From Bacteroidaceae bacterium (lineage in GTDB: Bacteria > Bacteroidota > Bacteroidia > Bacteroidales > Bacteroidaceae), in the NCBI GenBank assembly GCA_045131955.1, contig JBGURN010000196.1, forward strand, positions 1 through 56,689: a DNA stretch of 56,689 nt. The letters run 5' to 3'. The notes beneath the pieces are model-generated. The model saw nothing but the letters and a program-made list of their open reading frames with translations. It was not told where the DNA came from and ran no database searches. This document shows, in pieces, positions 1 to 11,300 of the stretch (position 1 is the stretch's first letter; each line of letters begins with the position of its first letter). Both the position numbers and the translations under genes were made by a program.

Positions 1-1640
1 TCAAGGGCGCACTCTCACAACCTTCAGTCCTGAGTCCGGCCCAGCAGACCGCACTGGAGAGCATACACAGCCTGCTACGTACCAAAAGCGTATGCCTGCT
101 GCACGGAGTGACGGCATGCGGTAAGACCGAGATATACATAAACCTCATAAGGGAGCAGCTTAAGATGGGCCGTCAGGTTCTCTACCTGCTACCTGAAATT
201 GCACTTACCACCCAGATAGAGCATCGTCTGCAGCGGGTTTTCGGCAACGACATGTGCGTATACCACTCCCGTTGTGCCGATAACGTAAGGGTGGAGGTCT
301 GGAACAAACAGGTAAGTGACAACCCCTACAGACTGGTTCTGGGAGCACGCTCGGCCGTGATGTTGCCGTTCCGTAACCTGGGTCTGGTCATAGTCGACGA
401 GGAGCATGAGTCCAGTTTCAAGCAGGAGGATCCCGCACCCCGTTACAACGGACGCAACACCGCCATCATGCTGGCCTCCATATGCGGAGCCAAGACGCTG
501 CTGGGCAGTGCCACTCCCGCCCTGGAGAGTTATGCCAACGCCATATCGGGCAAATACGGACTGGTTACAGTCACCGAGCGTTACCGCGGTATGCAGCTGC
601 CCGAGATCAAGGTGGTCGATACAGCCGACCTGCGCCGTCGCAAATACATGCAGGGACTGTTCTCCCCAATTCTTATAGAGAACATATCACAGGCTCTGGA
701 GAACAAGCGCCAGGTTATACTGTTCCACAACCGCCGCGGATATGCCGGCACCGTGGAGTGTCCTGACTGCGGATGGGTTCAGAAATGTAACTGCTGCGAC
801 GTGAGCCTTACCTTCCATAAGACGGCAGGTACAGCCAGCTGCCACTACTGCGGACGGCGTTACACCGTACCGTCAGTATGCCCCTCATGCAAGGGCCGTA
901 ACCTGCGCAGCCGCGGATTCGGTACTGAACGTATTGAGGAGGAGGCACGTCAGCTGTTCCCGTCGGCACGTATGGCACGTCTGGACCTTGACTCTGCCAA
1001 GAACGGCTACGAGTCAATTCTGGATGACTTCCAGGAGGGCCGTACCGACATTCTCATAGGCACCCAGATGGTATCGAAAGGACTTGATTTCGAGAGGGTC
1101 AGTGTGGTCGGTATCATACAGGCCGATTCCATGATGAGCTACCCCGACTTCCGCTCCACGGAGCGCGGTTTCCAGCTTATGGCTCAGGTAGCAGGACGTG
1201 CCGGCCGTAAGGATGTACCTGGAAAGGTGATCATACAGACTCGTATGCCCGATACCCCCGTCATGGATTTGGTACGCCGGAATGACTATAAGGGATTCTA
1301 CAACACGCAGATGGAGGAGCGTCATGCATTCAGCTACCCTCCCTACACACGTATAGTGACAGCCATTCTCAAAGGTCATGAGGCCGATATGGTGGAGCGT
1401 GCAGCCCTTGTCATGCGTGACTTTCTGGCCTCACGGTTCGGTCAGGAGGCAGTACTTGGTCCCGATGCGCCACCTGTTGCCAAGGTACAATACCTCCACA
1501 TAAGACGCATCATAGTAAAGATAGGATTGGAACTCCCGGTTGACGGGAGCCGTCAGATATTCGCACAGGCCGCACAGGCACTCTCAGCGACTCAGGGTAT
1601 AAGCGGCGTCACTCTTTCTTTTGACGCAGATCCACAGTAG
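1..1640 (+). CDS. priA: primosomal protein N' / replication-restart helicase PriA (5' end cut by window edge; reading frame starts at nt 3)
   Basis: The ORF stays open to the window start. It has Walker A GVTACGKTE, a VDEEHE helicase motif II, the Cys-rich zinc cluster CPDCGW..CNCCD..CHYCG..CPSCKG, and a C-terminal ..SFDADPQ end typical of PriA. Confidence 0.9.
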   Translation, partial: KGALSQPSVLSPAQQTALESIHSLLRTKSVCLLHGVTACGKTEIYINLIREQLKMGRQVLYLLPEIALTTQIEHRLQRVFGNDMCVYHSRCADNVRVEVWNKQVSDNPYRLVLGARSAVMLPFRNLGLVIVDEEHESSFKQEDPAPRYNGRNTAIMLASICGAKTLLGSATPALESYANAISGKYGLVTVTERYRGMQLPEIKVVDTADLRRRKYMQGLFSPILIENISQALENKRQVILFHNRRGYAGTVECPDCGWVQKCNCCDVSLTFHKTAGTASCHYCGRRYTVPSVCPSCKGRNLRSRGFGTERIEEEARQLFPSARMARLDLDSAKNGYESILDDFQEGRTDILIGTQMVSKGLDFERVSVVGIIQADSMMSYPDFRSTERGFQLMAQVAGRAGRKDVPGKVIIQTRMPDTPVMDLVRRNDYKGFYNTQMEERHAFSYPPYTRIVTAILKGHEADMVERAALVMRDFLASRFGQEAVLGPDAPPVAKVQYLHIRRIIVKIGLELPVDGSRQIFAQAAQALSATQGISGVTLSFDADPQ

Positions 1641-3669
1641 TCTCCGGATAGCTGATGCGCGTGTGATACATGGTGCGCAGCTTCTCCTTGAAGGTCTCCT
1701 TTACACGGTTTATCTCCTGCCAGCTTATGGGGCAATCCATAAAGTAACCCTCCTGAACCTGAGTATCGATAATCCTGTCGACCATCTCTCCAATACTCTC
1801 CTCGGTATACTCCTTGAGGCTGCGTGAGGCGGCTTCGACGGCATCGGCCATCATTACGATAGCCTTCTCCTTGGAGTCAGGGTTGGGTCCGGGATAGCTG
1901 AAATCATGCGGGTCGGCAGCCAGGTCTGGATGAGCCTGCTGGTACTTGATGTAGAAGTATCGGGCCACGCCCTTGCCGTGATGTGATGCTATGAAACCGC
2001 GAATCGACTCGGGCAGTCCGAACTTGTCGGCCAGCTCAAGTCCCTTCTCCACATGCTCGGTTATGATACGGGCGCTCTGCTGCGGGGTGAGTTTGTCATG
2101 CGGATTCACTCCGTTCTGGTTCTCGGTAAAGAAGGGAGCACTATCCATCTTGCCTATGTCATGATAGAGGGCAGCGGTACGTACCAGCTGCGGGTTGGCC
2201 TTGATACGGGTGGCAGCCTCGGCGGCCAGCGTGGAAACCTGCATGGAGTGCTGGAAAGTGCCGGGAGCCTTCTCGGCCAGCTCACGCAGAAGCGGGTTAT
2301 TTATGTTGGAGAGCTCTATAAGTGTCACGTTCGATGTGAATCCGAACAGTTTCTCTATCACGAACAGCAGCGGATAGACAAGCAGTATCACAATGCAGTT
2401 GATGGCAAAGAAAAGGAATATCCACGGGTCTATGTCACTGATATTCTCCAGCTGGGTAGCCTGAAGGGCGCTCCACACGACACTGTACGACACGAAAATG
2501 AGCAGACAGGTTCGCAGTATCTGGGATCGTTGCGACAGTTCCTTGAGAGAATAGATACCCGTGAGTCCGGCCACAATCTCAAGCAGCATATATTCATAAG
2601 GCATGGAGACTATGAGCGATGTGGAGAGTATGAATACCAGGTAACCTGTGAATGCCGTACGTGAGTCTATGAAGATACGCAGCATGATGGCCAGCATGGA
2701 GCACGGGAACAGGAATATGCTCCAGCCCGAATACTGGCAGTAGAATCCCACAGCCACCGTGAACAGTATTATGGAGCCGAACAGGAAATAGAGAATGGAA
2801 CGGCTCTCTATGTCATCTATGCGGTAGAGTATGAGATAGACGAACAGAATCACGAAAGCTATGATCACGAATACCGAGCGGCCTGTCCATGTGAGCAGCT
2901 GGAACCGCTTGGACATGGTCTTCTCGTTCACCTTCTCAAGATATGAGTTGATGACCTGACTCTTCTGCTCGTCAACTATCTCACCCTGGTCGATTATCTT
3001 CTGGCCCTCAACCACCATTCCCTTGAAATGGGATATACCGGCCAGCTGCTCGCTCAGGTCGGCATCGGAACGGGCGGCGTCATATATGACGTTGGGCTGT
3101 ATGAACTCCTCCAGGTTGTGCTGCAGAAGTATGTATCGGTCATAATTGTATACTGAGGCCTCGGTCACGTAACGGTAAGCGTCGCGTATGCTCTTTACGG
3201 CCGATGTCTGAACGAATGACGATGTGTTGCCCTCGTAGATGCGGAACAGCGGCTTTCCGGCGAGCAGGTCTTCATCGGAAGTGGATATGATGCCGTCCTG
3301 ATATACTTTCTTGAGACGGGTACGCAGCGCCTGATAGGATTCCTCCCACACCAGCTTGCTCAGACTGTCGGCATAGAATCGGTCAAACTGAGCCAGAGCA
3401 GCCTCCTGAACGGATGCATTGCGTGTAAAATAGGGTGCGAACGATGCCTTGACACTGTCTGCCTCGGCCTGCCATGCCTCGTCACTCTTCTCGACCGAGA
3501 AGTTGAACGGAGCTATGAGCACATTATATGTCCAGGGTTTTCCTACGGTAAAGGTGTAGTTCTCCTTGTGTCCGGCTGGCATGGAATAGACTGTAAGCAG
3601 TACTGAGATAACGGATAGGAGAATTAGCAGATTCCTGTTGCTTTTTATAAAACGTCGCTCGTCTTTCAT
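1609..3669 (-). CDS. 7TM-receptor-type HD-domain phosphohydrolase (PgpH/YqfF-like)
   Basis: 686 aa with an N-terminal TM segment, an extracytoplasmic region, a block of about 7 TM helices, and a C-terminal HD domain (LYHDIGK, ASHHGK). The 3' end overlaps the priA 3' end by 32 nt (convergent). Confidence 0.8.
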   Translation of the reverse strand: MKDERRFIKSNRNLLILLSVISVLLTVYSMPAGHKENYTFTVGKPWTYNVLIAPFNFSVEKSDEAWQAEADSVKASFAPYFTRNASVQEAALAQFDRFYADSLSKLVWEESYQALRTRLKKVYQDGIISTSDEDLLAGKPLFRIYEGNTSSFVQTSAVKSIRDAYRYVTEASVYNYDRYILLQHNLEEFIQPNVIYDAARSDADLSEQLAGISHFKGMVVEGQKIIDQGEIVDEQKSQVINSYLEKVNEKTMSKRFQLLTWTGRSVFVIIAFVILFVYLILYRIDDIESRSILYFLFGSIILFTVAVGFYCQYSGWSIFLFPCSMLAIMLRIFIDSRTAFTGYLVFILSTSLIVSMPYEYMLLEIVAGLTGIYSLKELSQRSQILRTCLLIFVSYSVVWSALQATQLENISDIDPWIFLFFAINCIVILLVYPLLFVIEKLFGFTSNVTLIELSNINNPLLRELAEKAPGTFQHSMQVSTLAAEAATRIKANPQLVRTAALYHDIGKMDSAPFFTENQNGVNPHDKLTPQQSARIITEHVEKGLELADKFGLPESIRGFIASHHGKGVARYFYIKYQQAHPDLAADPHDFSYPGPNPDSKEKAIVMMADAVEAASRSLKEYTEESIGEMVDRIIDTQVQEGYFMDCPISWQEINRVKETFKEKLRTMYHTRISYPETTVDLRQKKE

Positions 3670-3730
3670 TATGCCGATCCTGTTAGTTAGGTTGATGCGT
3701 AAAAATACAACATTTTCATAAGAAAATGAT

Positions 3731-3738
3731 TACTTTTG
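3731..3738 (+). promoter_or_regulatory. putative Bacteroidota -7 promoter box TACTTTTG upstream of gltX
   Basis: Exact match to TAnnTTTG, 20 nt upstream of the ATG at 3758. Confidence 0.5.
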
Positions 3739-3757
3739 CAGCGCTAAATCAAAAGAG

Positions 3758-5287
3758 ATGACAGATAAAACAGGCAGCCGTCGCGTCCGAGTGCGTTTTG
3801 CACCTAGTCCTACAGGCCCTCTCCATATCGGAGGCGTACGTACGGCACTTTACAACTACCTATTCGCCCGCAAGAACGGAGGCGACCTTATTTTCAGAAT
3901 TGAGGATACCGACAGCAACCGCTTTGTACCGGGTGCCGAGGATTATATACTTGAGGCCTTCCGCTGGCTCGGCATCAAATTCGATGAGGGTGTATCATTC
4001 GGCGGAAACTACGGCCCCTACCGCCAGTCGGAGCGCCGTGAGATCTACAAGAAATACGTGGACCAGCTGCTGGATGCAGGTAAGGCTTACATAGCTTTTG
4101 ACACTCCTGCCGAGCTTGAGGCCAAGCGCAACGAGATTCCCAACTTCCAGTATGACGCAGCCACCCGCGGTCAGATGCGCAACTCGCTCACCCTGCCCGC
4201 CCAGGAGGTCAAGTCTCTCATTGAGGCCGGAAACCAGTACGTGGTACGTTTCCTCATAGAGCCCGACCAGGAGGTTGAGGTCGATGACCTTATCCGCGGC
4301 AAGGTTACCATAAACTCATCCGTACTGGATGACAAGGTGCTCTACAAATCCGCAGACCAGCTCCCCACATACCATCTGGCCAACATCGTCGATGACCATC
4401 TGATGGAAGTGACTCATGTGATACGTGGCGAAGAGTGGCTTCCGTCCGCTCCTCTGCACGTCCTTCTCTACCGCGCGTTCGGCTGGGAGGATACCATGCC
4501 GCAGTTTGCACATCTTCCTCTGCTGCTCAAGCCCGAGGGTAACGGCAAACTCAGCAAGCGTGACGGCGACCGTCTGGGATTCCCTGTATTCCCCCTGGAG
4601 TGGCACGATCCCAAGACCGGTGAGGTATCATCGGGCTATCGTGAGAAAGACTATCTGCCGGAGGCAGTGATCAACTTCCTGGCCCTGCTGGGCTGGAATC
4701 CGGGCGATGACCGTGAAATCATGTCCATGGATGAGATGGTTGACCTGTTCAACCTTGAGAAATGCAGCAAGGCAGGTGCCCGTTTCAACTATCAGAAGCT
4801 TGTGTGGTTCAACCACGAATACATAATGCTCAAGAGCGACCGTGAGATAGCGGAACTCTTCAACCCCATTCTTGAAAGCCACGGCGTCAAGGCTCCCATG
4901 GAGCGCGTGGAGAAAGCCGTAGGTTTGGTAAAGAACCGCGTCAATTTTGTAGGTGAGCTCTGGGACAACTGCTCATACCTTTTCCAGGCCCCCACTGAGT
5001 TCGATGAGAAATCACTCAAGAAATGGTGGAAAGATGAGGCTCCCCGCACCACCGCCGAACTGTGCGACTTCCTTGAGGCACAGGAGGACTGGAACGGTGA
5101 GACGCTCGAACCCAAGGTAATGGAGTGGATAGCCTCCAAGGGCTACGCCACAGGCAAGGTCATGAACGCCCTGCGTGTTACTCTGGTTGGCGCCGCTATG
5201 GGTCCGCAGATTTTCTGCATAACAGATTTCCTGGGTCGTGAAGAGACCCTGAGACGTGCCCGTAAGGCTATTTCGGAACTTTCCTGA
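3758..5287 (+). CDS. gltX: glutamate--tRNA ligase
   Basis: 509 aa with the class I motifs [10 protein letters not shown] (HIGH) and KLSKR (KMSKS). Full-length GluRS-like sequence. Confidence 0.93.
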   Translation: MTDKTGSRRVRVRFAPSPTGPLHIGGVRTALYNYLFARKNGGDLIFRIEDTDSNRFVPGAEDYILEAFRWLGIKFDEGVSFGGNYGPYRQSERREIYKKYVDQLLDAGKAYIAFDTPAELEAKRNEIPNFQYDAATRGQMRNSLTLPAQEVKSLIEAGNQYVVRFLIEPDQEVEVDDLIRGKVTINSSVLDDKVLYKSADQLPTYHLANIVDDHLMEVTHVIRGEEWLPSAPLHVLLYRAFGWEDTMPQFAHLPLLLKPEGNGKLSKRDGDRLGFPVFPLEWHDPKTGEVSSGYREKDYLPEAVINFLALLGWNPGDDREIMSMDEMVDLFNLEKCSKAGARFNYQKLVWFNHEYIMLKSDREIAELFNPILESHGVKAPMERVEKAVGLVKNRVNFVGELWDNCSYLFQAPTEFDEKSLKKWWKDEAPRTTAELCDFLEAQEDWNGETLEPKVMEWIASKGYATGKVMNALRVTLVGAAMGPQIFCITDFLGREETLRRARKAISELS

Positions 5288-5296
5288 ACTTAAGAC

Positions 5297-6526
5297 ATGA
5301 TTATCTACACAATAGGTATCTACCTGTACGCAGGTCTTCTGGCCATTGCCTCGCTGTTCAACCGCAAGGCTCGCCTTCTCTTAAAGGGACATAACTCCAT
5401 CCTTGACACCATCAGGGAGAAAGTGGACCCGGATTCCAGCTATCTGTGGTTTCACGCATCGTCACTCGGTGAGTTCGAACAGGGCCGTCCCCTGATAGAG
5501 AGAATACATAACAAGCATCCTGAATGCAAGATCCTGCTCACCTTCTTCTCACCTTCGGGTTATGAGGTCAGAAAGGACTACAAGGGTGCCGATATAGTAT
5601 GCTATATACCGTTTGACACGCCCATCAACGTAAGGAGGTTCCTGAACACCATCAAGATAGAGAAGGCTTTTTTCATCAAGTATGAGTTCTGGCCCAATTT
5701 CCTGAGAGGATTACATAAGAGGAACATCGAGATATTCAGCGTATCGTCAATATTCCGCGACAACCAGCTGTTTTTCAAATGGTACGGTAAGGGATATGCC
5801 AAGGCTCTCACCTATTTCAAGCACCTCTTTGTTCAGGACCGTCACTCCAAGGATCTGCTCAAGAGCATAGGAATAACCGAGGTATCGATAGTAGGTGACA
5901 CCCGCGCCGACCGCGTGCTCGAGGTTGCAGCCGCATCCAAGCAGTTCCCCGTGATTGAGAAGTTCGTGAACGGAGACCCCACCTTCATAGCAGGCAGCTC
6001 ATGGCCCGCCGATGAGGAGCTCTTCATCCCCTACTTCCAGACCAAGCCCAACTGGAAACTCATAATCGCACCCCATGAGATACATGAGGAGCACCTGGTA
6101 CAGATAGAGTCGATGTTGCAGGGACGCGACCACATACGTCTGTCACAGGCTACATTGGATAACATCAAGGGTTATGACACCCTCATCATAGACTGTTTCG
6201 GAATGCTCTCCTCAATCTACCGCTACGGCCATATCGCCTACATCGGCGGCGGATTCGGAGTAGGAATACACAACGTGCTCGAGGCCGCTGTGTTCGATAT
6301 CCCCGTGCTCTTCGGTCCCAACAACCAGAGGTTCCGCGAGGCACAGGACCTGAAACGTCTCAAGGGTGGATTCGAAATAACCGATGCCTACTCACTGCGC
6401 GTGCTGATTGACAAGTTCATCAGCAACCCCACAGCGCTCAAGAAAGCCGGCCGCGCCGCAGGAGACTACGTACGCAGCAGCAGCGGCACCTCAGAGAGAA
6501 TCCTGGGCGAAATCGGCCTGAATTGA
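5297..6526 (+). CDS. waaA: 3-deoxy-D-manno-octulosonic acid (Kdo) transferase
   Basis: 409 aa with an N-terminal membrane anchor, the HASSLGEFEQGRPLIE motif and a GT-B C-terminal half (GGGFGVGIHNVLEAA), as in WaaA/KdtA. Confidence 0.85.
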   Translation: MIIYTIGIYLYAGLLAIASLFNRKARLLLKGHNSILDTIREKVDPDSSYLWFHASSLGEFEQGRPLIERIHNKHPECKILLTFFSPSGYEVRKDYKGADIVCYIPFDTPINVRRFLNTIKIEKAFFIKYEFWPNFLRGLHKRNIEIFSVSSIFRDNQLFFKWYGKGYAKALTYFKHLFVQDRHSKDLLKSIGITEVSIVGDTRADRVLEVAAASKQFPVIEKFVNGDPTFIAGSSWPADEELFIPYFQTKPNWKLIIAPHEIHEEHLVQIESMLQGRDHIRLSQATLDNIKGYDTLIIDCFGMLSSIYRYGHIAYIGGGFGVGIHNVLEAAVFDIPVLFGPNNQRFREAQDLKRLKGGFEITDAYSLRVLIDKFISNPTALKKAGRAAGDYVRSSSGTSERILGEIGLN

Positions 6527-6552
6527 CGAAAAGGGGTCTGACCCCAATCCGT
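6524..6552. terminator. short two-tier hairpin between convergent waaA and the gamma-CA-like gene
   Basis: GACG..GGGGT-ctg-ACCCC..CGTC lies in the 25-nt convergent gap. There is no clear U-tract. Confidence 0.4.
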
Positions 6553-7070
6553 CATTCTTCCTTATACCAGGAAGCGTACATATGGTAATCCCGGGCAATC
6601 CGCTGGTTCATCTCCTGAGCCTGCTCGGGATCGACATCCTTGATATATTTGGCAGGAACCCCGCCCCAAAGGGTGTTGGCGGGAATCACAGTCTTACCCA
6701 GCACTACTGAACCGGCTGCCACGATGGCTCCCTCACCCACTACGGCATGATCCAGAACCACCGAACCCATACCTATCAGGGCGTTGTCCTTGATGGTGGC
6801 TCCGTGTATGGTCACGTTATGGCCTACAGATACGTTATTGCCTATAACGGTAGTCGATCTCTGATAGAGTGTATGGATGACCGATCCGTCCTGTATGTTG
6901 GTGCCGTTGCCTATACGGATGGAGTTTACATCACCGCGCAGAACGGTCCCGAACCAGATGCTGCAGCCGTCACCGATGACCACGTCACCTATCACTGCGG
7001 CGTTATCGGCCAGGAAACAATCATCACCTATCTCAGGGGTAAAACCTCTTACTGATTTGATTATCGCCAT
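6552..7070 (-). CDS. gamma-carbonic-anhydrase-family / hexapeptide-repeat (left-handed beta-helix) protein
   Basis: Hexapeptide repeats run throughout (..AAVIGDVVIGDGCSIWFGTVLRGD.., HNVTIHGATI). The start is set at MAIIKSV (ATG 7070) because the longer ORF would run through the -7 box at 7097-7104. Confidence 0.8.
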   Translation of the reverse strand: MAIIKSVRGFTPEIGDDCFLADNAAVIGDVVIGDGCSIWFGTVLRGDVNSIRIGNGTNIQDGSVIHTLYQRSTTVIGNNVSVGHNVTIHGATIKDNALIGMGSVVLDHAVVGEGAIVAAGSVVLGKTVIPANTLWGGVPAKYIKDVDPEQAQEMNQRIARDYHMYASWYKEE

Positions 7071-7096
7071 ATAATCGGATTCTTTGATTTTGAGGC

Positions 7097-7104
7097 CAAA
7101 AATA
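7097..7104 (-). promoter_or_regulatory. putative -7 box (TATTTTTG on the minus strand) for the gamma-CA-like gene
   Basis: Plus-strand CAAAAATA, 26 nt upstream of the ATG at 7070. Confidence 0.45.
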
Positions 7105-7149
7105 GTGTAAGTTTTCCGAATTAAAATACCAATCATCAGAGTAATTGAT

Positions 7150-7157
7150 TACTTTTG
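7150..7157 (+). promoter_or_regulatory. putative -7 box TACTTTTG upstream of mdh
   Basis: Exact TAnnTTTG. The TTG 'start' of the track ORF (7155) lies inside it, so the real start is the ATG at 7197. Confidence 0.5.
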
Positions 7158-7196
7158 CGGTCCAAGACAATAACACAGACTAAAACAAATATAGTT

Positions 7197-8195
7197 ATGA
7201 AGTTTTTGACTAATGAAAAGCTGGTCATCTCAGGCGCAGCCGGAATGATCGGATCAAACATGGCACAGACTGCCATTATGATGGGTCTTTCATCAAACAT
7301 CTGTCTTTATGATGTTTACATGCCTGGACTGGAGGGTGTAGTAGAGGAACTTCGCCACTGCGCATTCCCCGGTGTCAACATTACTTTTACCGATAAGGTA
7401 GAGGAGGCTTTCAAGGATGCCAAGTACATGGTATCATCAGGTGGTGCTCCCCGTAAGGCTGGTATGACACGTGAGGACCTTCTGGTTGGCAACGCCAAGA
7501 TAGCCGAGCAGCTGGGTAAGGACATCAAGACCTACTGCCCTAACCTCAAGCACTGCGTCATCATATTCAACCCGGCCGATATCACCGGTCTGGTTACCCT
7601 GGTTTACTCAGGCCTCAAACCCTCACAGATCACAACTCTTGCCGCTCTTGACTCAACACGTCTGCAGAGCGCTCTGGCCAAGCACTTCGGTGTAGCTCAG
7701 GACAAGGTTACCACCGCACGCACATACGGCGGTCACGGTGAGCAGATGGCAGTATTCGCATCAACCGCCAAGGTTGACGGCAAGCCTCTGACCGATATCA
7801 TCGGTACTCCCGCCCTGACAAACGAGCAGTGGGCTCAGATGAAGCAGGATGTAATCAAGGGTGGTGCCAAGATCATCGAGCTCCGCGGACGTTCATCATT
7901 CCAGAGCCCCTCATTCGTATCAATCGAGATGATCGGTGCTGCCATGGGTGGTGAGAAGTTCGAGTGGCCCGCAGGTTGCTACGTAAACAACTCACAGTTC
8001 CAGAACGTGATGATGGCTATGCCTTCAACCATCGACGCTACCGGCGTTCACTACACTGACGTCAAGGGTACCGCTACCGAGATGGCTGACATCGAGGCCA
8101 GCTACAAGCACCTCCAGGCTATGCGTGATGAGGTTATCTCACTGGGCGTCCTGCCTGCAGTAAGCGAGTGGAAGAAGTACAACCCCAATCTCTGA
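7197..8195 (+). CDS. mdh: malate dehydrogenase (LDH-like family)
   Basis: Starts MKFLTNEKLVISGAAGMIGSN (NAD-binding GxxGxxG). Full-length MDH/LDH-like sequence of the Bacteroidota type. Confidence 0.88.
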   Translation: MKFLTNEKLVISGAAGMIGSNMAQTAIMMGLSSNICLYDVYMPGLEGVVEELRHCAFPGVNITFTDKVEEAFKDAKYMVSSGGAPRKAGMTREDLLVGNAKIAEQLGKDIKTYCPNLKHCVIIFNPADITGLVTLVYSGLKPSQITTLAALDSTRLQSALAKHFGVAQDKVTTARTYGGHGEQMAVFASTAKVDGKPLTDIIGTPALTNEQWAQMKQDVIKGGAKIIELRGRSSFQSPSFVSIEMIGAAMGGEKFEWPAGCYVNNSQFQNVMMAMPSTIDATGVHYTDVKGTATEMADIEASYKHLQAMRDEVISLGVLPAVSEWKKYNPNL

Positions 8196-8217
8196 TTTAG
8201 AGGGTTTCTCCATACAG

Positions 8218-8253
8218 GAGCGCGCGGAATCATGTTCCGCGCGCTCTTTTTTT
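8218..8253 (+). terminator. rho-independent terminator of mdh
   Basis: 12-bp GC-rich stem GAGCGCGCGGAA / TTCCGCGCGCTC, 5-nt loop, followed by T7. Confidence 0.85.
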
Positions 8254-8338
8254 GTCTTATCGCCTCCCGTATGTCAAAAAAATCCGTCCCCATGTGTTAT
8301 TTATGCCTTGAAAAATCGGAAATAAATTGACGTTTAGT

Positions 8339-8346
8339 TAGATTTG
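8339..8346 (+). promoter_or_regulatory. putative -7 box TAGATTTG upstream of HTCS-1
   Basis: Exact TAnnTTTG, 32 nt upstream of the ATG at 8379. Confidence 0.45.
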
Positions 8347-8378
8347 TAGTGATATTATGTGAATTACTGCTATTGTAT

Positions 8379-11300
8379 ATGAAAAGAACTATAACGACGG
8401 TCTTCCTGTTACTCCTTACAACTGCACTTTGGGCGGTTAACGGGGTCTCCCTTTCACAGAGGACCATAGGAAACGGTCTGGAGAGCCAGTCTCTGAACGT
8501 GCTCGCCAAGGACAGTCAGGGCCGTCTCTGGGTAGGATCGGACGTGGGACTCTCCATAATATCGAACGGAACGGTCACCAACATCAGGGATGTGGCATCG
8601 GAAGGAGGTCTGATCATGCTCGGCAACGTAAAGAGCATAGTCTGCAAGGAAGATGTCCTGATCGCCTGCGACGACCGCATACTCTGCTATAACCCCAAGA
8701 GGCAGCAGGCCACCACCCTGAGATATGACGATGTAATACTTCAGACCGATGACATACTGCTGAACGGCAATGAAGCTTCTTTCTACGATGCCGGAACACA
8801 CAGTCTCTATACGTTTGACCTGGAGAGACACAGATGCAGGCTGCTGGCCACCTTCACCGACCAGGACTACAATTTCAGGAAGATACTCAAGGGTTCGGCG
8901 GTATCGGACTCTGCCGTCATATATCTTGCCGATGATGCTCTGGGACTGTTCAGCTATGACCGTAACAAGGCTACCCTCACACACATTAAGACAGACCTGC
9001 CTATCACTGCCAAGGCTACCTTCATTGACAAGAGCAACATCATATGGGTATCGGTCCCGTCCAAGGGAGTCAAGGGTTATTACATTAACAGCAACTACGA
9101 GCAGATAGCCCAATACAGCACTGCCAACTGCGCACTGCCGTCGAACGACATCACCTATATCACCACGCTGCCCAACGGTAACCTGCTTACGGGCCACTCC
9201 GATGTAGGCGTATGCGTGATAGACCGTAGCAGCCTTGACATGGGCACCGTCAATGTCAACATCATAGAGAATCTAAAAGATGTAACCTGCACTCTGGTCA
9301 ACAATGATGACCGCGAGACACTGTACGCCACCTCAGGCTATGGTCTCATTTCCATCAAGAAGACTTTCCTGGGGCAGATACGTCATCTCTACGAGAACGT
9401 AGACGGTATTATAAGCTATGACAATTACGTATCGGCCCTTGAGGAACCCCAAGGGACCGTGATTCTCGGCACCATAGGTAACGGACTCTGCCGTATAGAC
9501 CTGCTGACACATAACCGTACGGTATTTGACGGCACGCAGGACCTGAGTGTCATATCGATGTGCAACTTTGATGAGGACAACATCCTTTTGGCCGATACCG
9601 ATGAGGGACTGCTCCTGTTCAACCGTAAGACAGAGAGGGTTTACAAGCCTACCGCCTACCCGGGCCTCTCACCTCTTACCCATATCAGTCTGGCCAACAC
9701 CAAGATGGTGGTAAGTGAGTACGGTGACATATACATATTCAACGCCGGCTCGCACCACTACGTGTACCATAAGGATACCGACACTCTCAAGGAGATAAAC
9801 CTCCGTTCACAGGAAGGTTTGCCCATCAAGATGGTGGAGGGCGTATGCGTAACCCCCTATGCCGTATATGCCACCTACAGAGGCTCTATCGTGGAGATAA
9901 ACTTCACTACCCTGGAGAGCAACAGCATATACCTGAACAAGGACAAGGTCATACACAACATAACATCGATAGCATCAAACTCCAAGGGTGAGCTCTTCTT
10001 TACGGAGCCGGAGGGACTGCACCGTTTTGACCCGCGTTCCAACTTTGACGAGATACTGGTTGAGACATGGGGTAACGGACGTTTCATGAATGTGGCTGTG
10101 GACGGCAAGGACCGCGTATGGTTCACCACCACCAACGAATACATACAGATGTTTGACCTCTCCAAGCGGGAGCTGCTCATGTATTCGGTCGAGGACGGAG
10201 TACCCAGCTCCCGTTTCATGAACAGTTTCGCCATCTACTCACAATCGGGATTCATCCTGTTCCCCGATGCCGACGGTATAGTATCGATCAACACAGCCGG
10301 TCCGCTCATGTATGACACTCCTCCCGTCAAGGTTACATGCGTATCGGCCTATACCGACAAGAGGGAGATTACAGGCAGTGAGTTGGAGAACTCGCTGGTG
10401 GAGCCTTTCAAACTGCCGTCCAAGTTCAGGGAGTTCACGATGGAGTTCTCTGCCAACTCCTTCAACCCCACATATCCGCATCTGATAACCTACAACCTCT
10501 ACAAGGAGAACATGCTTGTAAGGTCGGTGACCACCACCAACCCCGTCATCACCCTGCCCAGACTTGATAAGGGTATCTATACGGTGGTTATAAGACAGGC
10601 TTACCGCAAGGGTCTGAGCGATCCGCAGCCCATACTGAGCTTTAAGATTCCCAAGACCTTCTTCAGCACCGTACCTGGTGTCATATTGGCACTCGTGGTG
10701 ATACTTCTGTTCGGTTACAGCGTAGCCCGCATATCAAGTAGTGTGGAGAAGAACCGAATGGAGAAAGCCATGGCGTCACAGGATATCAAGAACCGTGAGG
10801 ACAAGATCGCTTTCCTATCCAACATAGCCCACGAGCTGAGAACCCCGCTTTCACTCATCTACAACCCCGTAAAGGATTTCCTCCAGGAGAAGTCGGTCGA
10901 CGGTATAGACTATGAGCGTATGGAGCGCATATTCAACCAGGTGAACAAGATGACCGTAATGGTCAACATGATCCTGGACAGCAGCCGTGCCGATGTGAAC
11001 AAGGCCGATATACTTATTGAGGATGTCAACCTGAACGAATGGCTCAACTTCCTGCTGGAAGACTACCGCATAGACTGCTACGGTAAGGGATTCAGCCTGA
11101 AATTCCTCATGGACAAGTCTATAGAGACAGTCTCAATAGACAAGAGAATCGTGGAGACCGGCCTCTCCAATATGGTAAACAACGCCATAAAGTACAGCCA
11201 GAGCGGAACCGTGATAACAGTCATTACCCAGAGGATAGGCAACATGATACGCGTATCGGTCAAGGACCAGGGACGTGGATTCAGCTGCGACCCCGAGGAA

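Noticed and set aside
7155-7196. Upstream TTG starts given by the ORF track for mdh (7155), HTCS-2 (12396) and PAP2-2 (48778), and long N-terminal extensions for pyrE (30710), the esterase (35513) and the rhodanese-MBL gene (45699)
   Set aside because: The alternative starts fall inside or upstream of the TAnnTTTG promoter boxes. Downstream ATGs give N-termini or signal peptides that match the families.
8454-9197. Long antisense ORFs inside the HTCS genes (for example 8454-9197, 11832-12341, 15701-16363) and inside bamA, the 621-aa gene, argH and murI/skp (26739-27353, 47921-48673, 32572-33135, 23225-23824)
   Set aside because: All are nested opposite CDSs with strong family motifs and have no independent start or promoter context. 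Their translations are compositionally odd, so I treat them as frame shadows.
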